A stretch of DNA of 64,000 nt, taken from Ginglymostoma cirratum. Its lineage: Eukaryota. Numbering within the stretch: position 1 is the stretch's first letter; the number at the start of each line of letters is the position of its first letter. Made by a program: the position numbers and the translations under genes. This document shows positions 53,614 through 64,000 of the stretch, one piece after another. Below the pieces are notes generated by a model that did not search any database, was not told the origin of the DNA, and saw only the letters and a list, made by a program, of their open reading frames with translations. The stretch covers positions 124,001 to 188,000 of the forward strand of contig JAHRHZ010000266.1 in NCBI GenBank assembly GCA_024137785.1, written 5' to 3'.

Positions 53614-53807
53614 AGAGAGACAATAGGTACTGCAGATGCTGGAGAATCCGAGATAACAAGGTGTGGACCTGGATGAACACAGCAGGCCAAGCAGCATCAC
53701 AGGAGCAGGAAAGCTTGACGTTTCAGTCTAGGCCCGAAATGTCAAGCTTTCCTGCTCCTATGATGCTGCTTGGCCTGCTGTGATCATCCAGCTCCACACC
53801 TTGTTAT
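53614..53807. mobile_element. Fold-back Penelope family 2 pLTR derivative
   Basis: Near-perfect inverted arms; TSD ctcatcaccaggggg (53599-53613, 53808-53822). Confidence 0.85.
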
Positions 53808-53914
53808 CTCATCACCAGGGGGCGTCATTCTGTCTGTGAGCAAGAGATGTTCAATTCAACTCTGAACCAAAGCATTTCTACACCCGCATTTATTTCAACT
53901 ACCGATTACTCTAC

Positions 53915-53954
53915 CTTTTCAAAGATGTAGTCTGCTCTATTTTCTGTGAATACC
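53915..53954 (-). CDS. Gene B cytoplasmic exon 1, (G)YSQKIEQTTSLK(R)
   Basis: Branch-like tactaat plus ttttattcctttag acceptor; donor AAG|gtagag; 40 nt, phase 1-2; open and phase-compatible with both neighbours. Confidence 0.75.
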
Positions 53955-54099
53955 CTAAAGGAATAAAAATGATTAGTAAATATTTAGTTAAGCCATGAAC
54001 AAATGCACTACGCAGCCTTCACTAGTGGAAGGGTATTAGACAGAACTGTCCCTTTTCAACAATACTATACGATTAAGGGATGAATATGCCTAGAATCTA

Positions 54100-54455
54100 G
54101 GCAATGGCCTAGTGGCATTATTGCTGGACTGTTAATCCAGAGACCCAGATAATGTTCTGGGGACCTGGGTTTGAATACAGCCACAGCAGATGGTAGAATT
54201 TGCGTTCAATAAATATCTGGAGTTAAGACTCTAACGATGACTGTGAATCTATTGATAATTTTTGGGGAAAATCCCAACTGGTTCACTAATGTCTTTTAAG
54301 GAAGGAAACTGCCATCCTTACCTGGTCTGACCTACACATGACTCCAGACCTGCAGCAATGCAGTTGACTCTTAATGGCCCTCTGAGCAATTAGGAATGGG
54401 CAATAAATGCTGCCTTGCCAGAGACGCCCTCATCCCGTGAATGAGTAAAAAGAAA
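54100..54455 (+). mobile_element. tRNA-derived SINE, near full length (relatives at ~11190, ~13933, ~55400)
   Basis: tggcctagtgg A box, gggtttgaat B box; 3' tail shared with the LINE end at ~840-930. Confidence 0.7.
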
Positions 54456-57400
54456 CAATTTTATGACAGTTAGTTTCTCTTCGTCAAGGGTGGCCTATAT
54501 AGCTCAATCTGATATCAATTATTGGACAAGCCAGATTCCCAATAGCAGGAAACTGATCCAAAACACCGACTGCCAGACTGGTTGGTCTATTGTCAGTTCA
54601 GTCCAAAATTATTCTTCTTTCCTTAGACACTCCTGTAACTCTAATTTAATAAAATGGCTTGTTAATTTCTAAAGAATCCTATAGCACAGTGTCAGCTCAT
54701 TGAAAGATCTAGCCAATTAGTTCTATTCCCATGACCATTCTCCATGATCCTCTAATAATGTATGCGTCCAGTTCTTTTTTGAATCAACAACCCTTTCAGG
54801 CAGTGCATACTAGATCACTGCTTATAGAAACCTATTTCTCATTCATGGGTGTCAGCTGGGCCAACGTTTGTTATGCAGTTCCAAATGTCCTTTAACTGAG
54901 TGGTTTTCCAGGCCATTTGAGAGGGCAATCAAGAATCAACCACATTGCATCTGAACTGACATGTAACCTAGACTGGGTAAGGATGGTAAGTTTCCTTCCC
55001 TAAAGGACGTTAGTGAGCCGTGTTGGTATTAATGACAATTCTCATATAGTCAACATTAGACCTATTTTCAATTCAGTACTTTTCTCATCAGATTCAAATT
55101 TGACCATCAGCCATGGTGAGATTCAAACCCATGTCTTCATAACATTTATCAAGGTCGATTATTAATTCAGTGCCCGTACCAGTACACCACCGTGTCCTCA
55201 AGAGGCTGTAAAGAAAAGGGTACATCAAATACATCTGTGTAATAGAGATAGTAAGTCAACAAACTAGAACCAGAGAAAGCACAGATATTTCTCAGATGGT
55301 TTCAAACCTGATTTCTGCAGTGTGAAATTTTAAGAACTTTAAAAGTACAGGAATCAAGAAAAGCAGAAGGATGCAAAGGAATCCCTGCAGAAGTGGTAAA
55401 TAGTGGTGTAAAGAAAATGTCACTGCACTAGCAATTCAGAACCTATTTCAGGAGACATGGTTTTGTATCCTATCATGGCAGATGGTGAAACTTTAATTCA
55501 ATAAAATCTGGAATTAAAAGCTAGTCTAATGGTGACCATGTAAGCACCGCTGGTTTTCATAAAAATGTATCTGGTTCATTGATGTCCTTTAGGGAATGAA
55601 ATCTGCTGACTTTACCTGGTTAGGCCGACAAGTACCACCCATCACCCAGCTCCCCCGCCCCCCCCCCCCCACCCCCCTTAGCTGCAATCAAATGACCAAA
55701 TAAGGCAGGGTCACTGGACTTGAAACATCAATTCTGTTTTCTGTCCACAAATGCAGGCAAACCTGTTGGGTTTCACTAACACTTTCTGCTTTTTGTTTGA
55801 ACAAGCCACTCAGTTTGAGGGTAATTAGGGATTGGAAACAAATGTTGGTTCAGCCAGTGACACGCACATCTCATGTTGTGGGATAGACCAGACTATGTTT
55901 TGACTTGTTTTGAAATTTTTCAAACTGTGTTACATGTTGATAGCTAGTTTGGTTCATCTTAATTTCCTTTGTCTAATAAGTCAAATCTTGTGTGCTCAAG
56001 TTTCTCTGATAAACCGCCACATTAAATTTTAAAAAAGAACAAGTTAGAAGTTGTCAAGCCAGATATCATTCCGAGATCTGACTGGAGTAGTAGCCACAAA
56101 TACAGAGAATGTTGGAGGCACCCAGCAGGTCTGGCATCATCTACAGAGAGAAGAACTGTGTTAATGCTTCAAGTCTTGTTAGGTATAGGTTAGGGTAGGG
56201 TTGGGACTGTTTTCAGAACTCCAATTGGAAAACTCTCCACAGATGCTGCCAGACGTGAGTTCTTCTGGCACTCTCTGTATTTGTTTCTCCAGCATCTAAA
56301 GTGCTTTGCTTTTATTTGACCAGTAATAACATCAGCTGGGATCTGGTATGATGTAGTTGTGTAGAAGATTGGAGTGGGTTATTTGGCTATTTGGGGAGAA
56401 TACAAGAGCAACAAAGAATTTCTCAGGAGGGTGGAGGAGGAAAGATTATATTGAATTTTATGGTATGACCCTGATTTCCACTGGTGACAACTTGTGATAT
56501 CTGCCACCTGCATCAGATAGGGTTTGTTTGAGGTAGTTCACTGCCATCAATTCTTCTTTCGATATACTGTGTTCATGACCCACATAATGATTGCTGGTAC
56601 ACCACTGTAGAGTCTTTACAGAAGAGGCATCATTCTTAGTAAATAAGATTGTTCATTACATGATAGTAATAAATGCAATTACATTCTAAACAGACGTAAT
56701 TAATAGGACTTTAGGGACTGGTATAGAGACATCTGTTCCCTCTGAAAGCTCCACCCACCAATTGCACATGATGTTAGTAGAATGGGTGGAACCAAAGTAA
56801 CATGAACATTAACGCCTTTAGAATCTTATACACCAAATATTGCCAAGAAAAGCAATAAAGTTGGACTGGCCTTGTCCAAACGCATGGGGACTTGCTGAAG
56901 GAGGTGATTTAAGGAAGGTTAAAGCAATGTAGGCCAAGCAGGAGAAAAGGAAAGATGATATTAGACAATACGAAACTGGAAATAGAAGGCTCCTACAAAC
57001 AACTGAAGAGGAAAGTGCAAAACAGCACTTGTGAAGAAACTCTGTGTCCTCTGACTTCCCTTCCAGTGGCAACATCTTCTCCACATATATTTTATCAAAT
57101 GCCTTCATGATGAACAAATCTATTGAATGTTCCCATATTCTCTGCTCTTAAGGAGAACAATTCCAGCTTCTCCACTCTCTCCATGCAATTGAAGGTGATC
57201 AAATCTGGTACTATTCCAGTAAATCTCAGAAAAATCCAATTTATTTACAAATTTAAGATGTTCAAAACCATCTCTTAGAGCACTATAACCGTACCATATT
57301 GGTAACTGTTGCAAGGTAAATGCTACTGGAAGCACAAATAATAATTCATTGTGCAATACTCTCAGTCACTCGACTGTATGGTTAGTTGTTCTTCCCCAAG

Positions 57401-57749
57401 GCATCAAGATTCTGAAGCCTTTTCCTAGTTCATCAGCACAAACTGTTTCTATTCAGATGATGGGCAAGAACAACTTAGCATTACATGGCACTGTTAATGT
57501 GGAGCTCTTGTGGCACAGTGGTTGGGCCCAAAAGTCGAAGTACAAGTGTCAACTGTCCTGAAGATATGTCTAAACAGGTTAATTAAAAATAATTTCTACC
57601 ACCTTTAACATATGAGCATCTCACAGGAGTAGACTCAAAAAAAATGAGGCTAAGTAGAAAAAGAGATATTAAAAGAGAGAACCAAAAGTTTGTTCAAAGA
57701 GGTAGGTTTTAAGGACCATCTTAAAGAAAGATTGAAAGAGGCGGTGAGG

Positions 57750-58760
57750 TTTTATCAGGGACAAACTCGAAAGGGGGACCTGGGTGTACATGTGCATAAA
57801 CCACTAAAAGTGTCACTGAACGGTCACTGGACTTGAAACGTTAACTCTGTTTTCTCTTCACAGATGCTTTCAGACCTGTTGAGTTTCTATTTTTGTTTAT
57901 TTCAGGTCTTCAGCAACCACAGGTCTTTGTTTTATATTACTGAAGGTGTCAGGGCTAGTGAAGAAAGCAGTTTATAAAAGATGTTGTATCCCATGTGTTG
58001 TTAATAGGGTTATGGAGTACTAGAGTAAGAAGGTTGTGCTGAGATAGCAAGAACTGAAGATGCTGGAGTCAAAGATAACAAAATGTGGAGCTGGAGGAAC
58101 ATTGCAGGCCAGGCAGCATCAGCGGAACAGGAAAGCTGACGTTTTGGGTCAGGACCCTTCTTCAGAAATGATGCTGCCTGGTCTGCTGTGTTCCTCCAGC
58201 TCCACACTTTGTTAAAGTTGTGCTGAACTTGTTAAGACACTTGTTAGACCTCAGCTGGAGTATTGTGTACAGTTCAAGCCACTGCACCTTAGGAAAGATG
58301 TGAAGGATGGGAAAGAGGACAGAAATGATTCATAATGATGGTTCCAAAGATGAGGAACTTTGGTTGTGAATGTAGATTGGATAAATTGCGACTGCTTTCT
58401 TTATATTTTCCTTGTAGGAAATGAGAAGAAATTTTCGGTATTGAAAATCACAGCTAACAAGAAACTTTCCACTCATGAAAGGATTGAGAACAAGAGGAAA
58501 CATTTAAACGAGTTGATCAAAGAAGCACAAGAGACGTGAAAAAATTACTTTTAAACACACTGGACTGTGAGGCTTGAGATGTGGTGGAGGCAGGTTCAAT
58601 TGAAATATTCAACAGAGAAGCAGACTGTTATCTAAATTGAAAGAATTCAGAGTGTTACAGGGAAGAGGCAGGAGTATGACACTAAGTGAGTTGTGCATTT
58701 AGAGAACCAGAGTGGACACAATGAGCTGAATGGCCACTTGCTGTGCTCTAGGGATTCTGT
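57750..58760 (+). mobile_element. Degenerate CR1 3' part with nested pLTR derivatives (~57815-57940, 58043-58213)
   Basis: VRPQLEYCVQF remnant; TSD a(g/a)gttgtgctga around the hairpin. Confidence 0.7.
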
Positions 58761-58999
58761 GTTTCTTCACATTTTCACAATTTAGAGACTAGACAGCAGA
58801 AAGCACAGCCACCAATGATAGAGCAAAGAAAATTGATGTACAAGGGGCTCAAGTTGAACAAAGGCAGTTTTGGAGAATTCAAGGGCACCGACGTGTTACA
58901 GAGATAGGGATGGAGAGGCATGAAGATAAAACAAGCTCTTCGTCACTAACATAATAGAACTCAGGAGTCTGAGGCCTACAATATGCCTGAGACATCCTG

Positions 59000-59330
59000 T
59001 ATGTTCAGTCTAGGTGACTCTTCATTAGAGCTGAAGTGAAGTGTGGAGGGGGCAGCATTTATGTAATATTTGGGGAGCTGGGATTTGGAGTGCTGGAGGA
59101 GAAAGGATGTTGATAGTTCAGATTAAGTGATTGACATGTTAATCTGAACTGTGAACATCCTTTCTCTCCCAGCACTCCAAACCACTCCCCAACTATAGCA
59201 TAAATGCTGCTCCCTCCACTCTTCACTTCAGCTCTGATGATGAGTCATCTTGACTTAAAACATTAGCTTACCCTCTCTCCATGGAAACTGTCTGTGTCGC
59301 TGTGATCCCCAGCATTTCTTATTTTCAGTC
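59000..59330. mobile_element. Fold-back element of a further pLTR family with hammerhead remnant
   Basis: 59010-59130 is inverse to 59140-59255; gct-ctgatga-tgagtcatcttgactt-aaaacatt-agc. Confidence 0.6.
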
Positions 59331-59874
59331 CATATTGCCATTCCACCCCTAGATATTGCTTTGTTATTCAGACTATCTGAGCCACGATGTCCATGCCTTT
59401 ATGCAGCAAACTCTCTAAACCCAATTTAATAATAAAAACACACAAGAGAATCATGTTGAATTTTAGGTTCCTTTCTGTTCTATTGAGATTCCGTGCCAAG
59501 TGGGAATGAATGGAATAGGTGTGGTCTGTTGGGCTTCTGTCAAATGGAAGTGAATGAAAAGACATTTTGGTGCAATGAGATTTGACAGTAATGGGGAGTA
59601 GAATGGGGATTGGTCCATCGGAGTTCAATACAATGGTCTGAATGGCCTTGCTTGTGAAACAGCCACAATGTTAAATTACTAGTGGCCAATACTTATTGAA
59701 CAGGCCACTTTCACCCAACCTCCATCACCACCAAAGGCAAAGTCAGTGTCTTCAAAGAATGAGTGGAAGAGGAGAGAGTTTATGAGAGAAAATTAATTCA
59801 GGGTCATCGTTTGTTGCTGTTTCAACCAACACAACCATATTGTTCTATTAAACCTCACTCTCTACAGAACCTAC

Positions 59875-59985
59875 CTCCTTTCTTCCTGAAAATGATGAGG
59901 ACAATGATGAGGATGAAGAAGATGAGCAGGATGCTGAGCAGTGGGGTGACCAGCTGATATTTGATAGTGGACTCAGTCCTCTTCA
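59875..59985 (-). CDS. Gene B (ITIM-bearing Ig-superfamily receptor): transmembrane exon, (V)KRTESTIKYQLVTPLLSILLIFFILIIVLIIFRKKG
   Basis: Acceptor ttctttccattttgtag, donor GAG|gtaggt; 111 nt, phase 1-1; ~22-residue hydrophobic stretch with no charged residue, then RKK stop-transfer. Confidence 0.9.
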
Positions 59986-60229
59986 CTACAAAATGGAAAG
60001 AACAATGTTGGTCAGTAATATCTCAAACCCAGGATGTGTTTATCCTCTAGTTATTCTCTAGATTGTCCCAGAAAGTGGCACTCCTGTGCATTGGAATAAA
60101 AGGCATCTGTAACAAAGAGAATTCAGAGGAACATTGGTCCTGGGCAGGTTTCATCTCTCAACCAACTGAAATAATCAACTCTCCACATTGGATACCAGTC
60201 AGAGTAATAGATCCTCTGAGTACAGTGTC

Positions 60230-61060
60230 CTTTGAGTACAGGAGCAGGGAAGTCATGCAGCAATTGTACATGGACTTAGTGAGACCACACCTGGAATATT
60301 GTGTGCAGTTTTGGTCTCCTTACCTGAGGAAGGATATTCTGGCATTGGAAGGAGTGCAATGAAGGTTTACCAGACTGATTCCTGGGATTGCAGGACTGAA
60401 TATGTAGAGAGACTGGATCGATCTGGACCATATTCGCTGGGGTTTTGAAAAATAAAGGATATTTCATTGAAATCTATAAAATTCTAACAGGAGTAAACAG
60501 GGTAAATACAGGAAGGATGTTCCCGATGACAAGGGAGTCGAGAAACAGGGGTCATATTCTAATGGACAGAGTCAATAAATGTGGAGCTGGAAAAGCACAG
60601 CAGGTCAGGCAGTATCTGAGGTGCAGGAAAGTCAATGTTTTGGGCCGAAACCCCTCGTCAGAACTTTCAGCCCGAAACGTTGACTTTCTTGCTCCTCGGA
60701 TGCTGTCTGACCAGCTGTGCTTTTCAGCTCCACATTTATTGACTCTAGTTTCCAGCATCTACAGTCCTTACTGTCTCCAAGTCACATTCTAATGGTATGG
60801 GTTAGCCATTTAGGATTGAAATGAGGAGAAATTTCTTCTTCCACAGAGTGATAAGCCTGAAGAGTTCTCTGCCATTGAAAGTGGTTAAGGACAAACATCG
60901 AATATTTTCAACAAAATGTTAGATATAGTTCTTAGGGCTAAAGGTATCAAATATGGGGAGAACATGGGAAAAAAGTACTGAGTTGGATGATCAGCCATGA
61001 TCATATTGAATGAAGGAGCAGGATCGAAGGGCCAAGTGGCCCACTCCTCTTCCTAATTTT
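60230..61060 (+). mobile_element. CR1 3' fragment interrupted by a fold-back element at 60566-60780
   Basis: FEYRSREVM...[18 protein letters not shown]; TSD gtca(t/c)attctaatgg at 60551-60565 and 60781-60795. Confidence 0.85.
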
Positions 61061-61481
61061 TATCTGCCTCAGGAGAGTGCAACAAAACACAGGTTGGTGG
61101 CTCCTCAGACGGTTAAGTTGTACAGGAGTGTGACAGATAGGAGGAAGAATGGAGGAGCAAAAGTGATATTGAATTTCATGGTCAGGGATTAGACAGGAGC
61201 TTCTGAGGCTGTCAGTAAGACTCCAGGACAACACATTATCTTGGTGGTGCCAGGGTAATGAATGTTACGAAACAGCCACAGGGTATTCTTCTTTTTCATT
61301 GCTATTCTTTACGTTCTATCCCATTTTCAGACCTGCCACCCATCTTTGTGCAATTATGTGCTCTTTCTTTAATTTCAATGAAATTTACAAGAATCTTGTC
61401 AGGGTTTGTAAGAGTGGCCCACATTTGAAAGACACAAAATGTTCGACAAGGATGAAAACAAAATGGGACAGCCTGCTCTAA

Positions 61482-62677
61482 CGTTTAAGTCGAACATAAT
61501 GGTACTTTGAACAGGACTACTCCAAGGTTAACATAGGGCCCTACAAACAACCATCCAAGACAGTTTGTTAAGAGGATGCCTAAGGATAGACAAGTGATTG
61601 CTTCCAGCCTCATTAATGAAAGGATGTTGTCCCATTAAGTGAATAGCACTAGTTAGAACAAGGGTGTAAATCTCAACCCGTGAACCAGTCAGTCTAACTC
61701 CCTATGCAGCTAGAAACAACAGGTAAAATTATTTTGTAGTAATTGGCTGCTTCTTTGAAGTTACTCACAATATTAAGAAATAGGCTCTAGTTAAAGATTC
61801 TTCAGATAATCAGAGGGATAGATTTTAATATAAGGATAGATACACGTATAAACAAAAGTATGCAAGAAGCATTAGGGGAAAATACTTAAACACAAAGTTA
61901 AATAGCCTCAGGAAATGCTTTCCCTTATCTGTAAAAATACTCTGTACACCCTGAATGAAACAGAATGGTCACAGCTTAATTACAAGGTGATAACAGTAGA
62001 AGTAGTTGTATAACTTCGCACTTTATAACTAACTTCATAATGGAAATTAATACTATGAATCTTATAGCAATTAGTTAAAACCAATTGTCTTTTGTATTTT
62101 TTAATGTACATGATTGGGACAAAAGAAAATACAAGAGGAATAACGGAATTTGATAAATATTGCACATGGAAAACAATGAATAACAGAATTCAAGCAGTCC
62201 TTAGAGATAAGCAAGTCTGAGACAGACCAGAAAGATTATAACCAGTAACTTTGGAATGTTAATTAGCAGGTTGTATAGAAAGATCCCAAGACTTGGAGAT
62301 TAACAATGTCTGTTAAACACCATGAGATCATGGGAACCTGAGGCCATCCATAGAAATACGCATCATTGATTAGGTGTTTTACAGGATTGGGTGTATGGAA
62401 TCAGGAAGAAGGATGCTTTAACCACATTGTATGTGAGTATTGTAACACAAAACGTATAAAAATGCTGTGTTTCACTGTAAAAATCACAATGTGTCATTGC
62501 TCTCTCTTCTGGCCTGAGTCAACAATTAAGGGAATAATTGCGTTCTCACGCGAGGTCAGATTCCAGGAAGATCCTTTGGCATTAACCAGTTCTTGCTTGA
62601 ATAAAAGTCCGCCATTTGTCTGAATCCTGCCTGCTTCCTGAGTCAATGGGCTGAATTGCCTCTTTTGTGGCTTAACT
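61482..62677 (+). mobile_element. Probable solo LTR
   Basis: Ends gtttaag...cttaac; gtataaaa at ~62455 then aataaa at ~62600 (U3-R-U5 order); no internal ORF. Confidence 0.4.
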
Positions 62678-63149
62678 TCTCTATGGTTGCGTTTATCTCC
62701 AGCAGTCCAGTTAGCAGCAGTATCCACATTCAAACCAGTCTTTGGATAAAAATGTTTCTCCATTGGACTTCTTAGTGTCTCCTATATTTACAGTTCCTAG
62801 TTTTGGTCGCTCTTTGTCTACTCTATCAAACCATAAATTGTGTATCAGGTCAACTTTCAGTCTTCTCTGTTCTCAAAGTGAGAGCATTTGCATCTTTGAT
62901 ATTTCCTGTTAGGTAGACCTTCTAAGTTCTAAACAATTTCTGGATCTACTGTATTATATCTAGCTGTGATGTATATCAAGAGATGGGAATTCTGCATAAC
63001 ACTCAAATTGTAGGTGAATGCCAGAATTACATTTTTAAACAGATTATCTCTTCTTTGATTCTGCTCATCCAAAAATGGGATCCAATGTGTGGTTTGCATT
63101 TCTTTGGTGTATCTCCTGCCAATACACTTGAACCAGATGTGAGTGCCAT

Positions 63150-63960
63150 TGACATCATCATTGTCCACCCAATTTTCCCTCTCCCTCACCATCCTAATAA
63201 GACTCTCAACGCTGCTCCCCTTGACTCCACTCAATGTTCCACTTAATTCTGTGGACCATACTTCTTCTCTCCCCTTGCAACTCCTCTTGGTCATCCACTC
63301 CCTCAACTATTCCTCTCAGCACTTTGAGTTACTCCCCTTTGTTCTCATCAGATCTTCACATTACCTCCCTTCTCCTTTCCACTCCCCTCTCCTCTTCCCT
63401 CACCTCCCTACATTGCTCCCCATATCTCTAATCTGTCCTCACATGTCCTCTTGGTTCTCCGCTGTACTGACTGCTCCCCTCACCTCTCTGAACTTCTCCC
63501 TGACCTCTTTGTTGTCCTCAATATTCCTCTTACCTGGATCTCCACACAGTTCACTGCTCCACTCACTTCTCCACGTTACTTTCCTCATCTCTGTTCACTC
63601 TCCCCTCACCTATTCACATTGATCCCCTCGCCTGTACATTCCCCTCATTTTGGATCTCTACACACCTCACTGTTCTCCTAAACTCTGCACTTTCCATGAC
63701 CTAAGCTTTCTGCTGCTTTCAATGCTCCCTTAGTTTCTCAACCCCACCTTGCTGTTCCCCTCATCTCTCTGCTCCCCTCACTGTTCCCCTCTGCTCCCTC
63801 ACTGTTCCCCTCTGTTCCCCTTGCAGAGCCCCTCACTGGTCTGCTCCCCTCCCTGTTCCCCTCATCTCTCTGCTCCCCCACTGTTCCCCTCAGCTCTTGT
63901 ACTCCTTTTGCTGTTCCCCTCAGCTTTCCACTCTCTTAACCTCTTTGCTTGCCAACCTGC
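63150..63960. repeat. Pyrimidine-rich low-complexity tract with ctgttcccctc tandem units (63750-63930)
   Basis: Direct inspection. Confidence 0.8.
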
Positions 63961-64000
63961 TCACCCCTTGGTGGAAAGCCTTAAGGTGAGTGTGGATACA

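Noticed and set aside
52957-54190. tRNA genes at A/B-box-like sequences
   Set aside because: They are SINE heads that continue into repeat bodies; no cloverleaf
59763-59957. Met-rich plus-strand ORF (KMMRTMMRMKKM)
   Set aside because: Antisense reading of the TM exon's ATC/CTC/TTC codons
63143-63681. Leu/Ser/Pro-rich ORFs of up to 159 aa
   Set aside because: Translation of pyrimidine-rich low-complexity DNA

Overview
Eukaryotic, repeat-rich vertebrate DNA. The CR1 LINE, V-SINE and Penelope content suggests a shark (inference). Most ORFs in the supplied track are transposon debris or noise. The genic content is a minus-strand tandem cluster of Ig-superfamily immune receptors. Gene B (3' half, 36544-59985) can be rebuilt from eight short phase-compatible exons, most too short for the ORF track to resolve. 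They encode an uncharged TM helix and a ~108-aa tail with three tyrosine motifs (SFYAEI, CTYANI, terminal ITIM VTYAAI); its ectodomain lies beyond the window. Gene A (87-24100) is a disabled paralogue: a leader, two tandem Siglec-15-like V-set exons lacking the sialic-acid-binding Arg, and a broken tail exon, with no TM exon found. Positions 1-8554 are a diverged duplicate of ~37124-43193. The rest is CR1/RTE LINE fragments, SINEs, probable solo LTRs and several Penelope-like elements. Their pLTRs and short fold-back derivatives carry minimal hammerhead-ribozyme motifs and 13-16 bp target-site duplications. All assignments were made by eye; TE boundaries are approximate.
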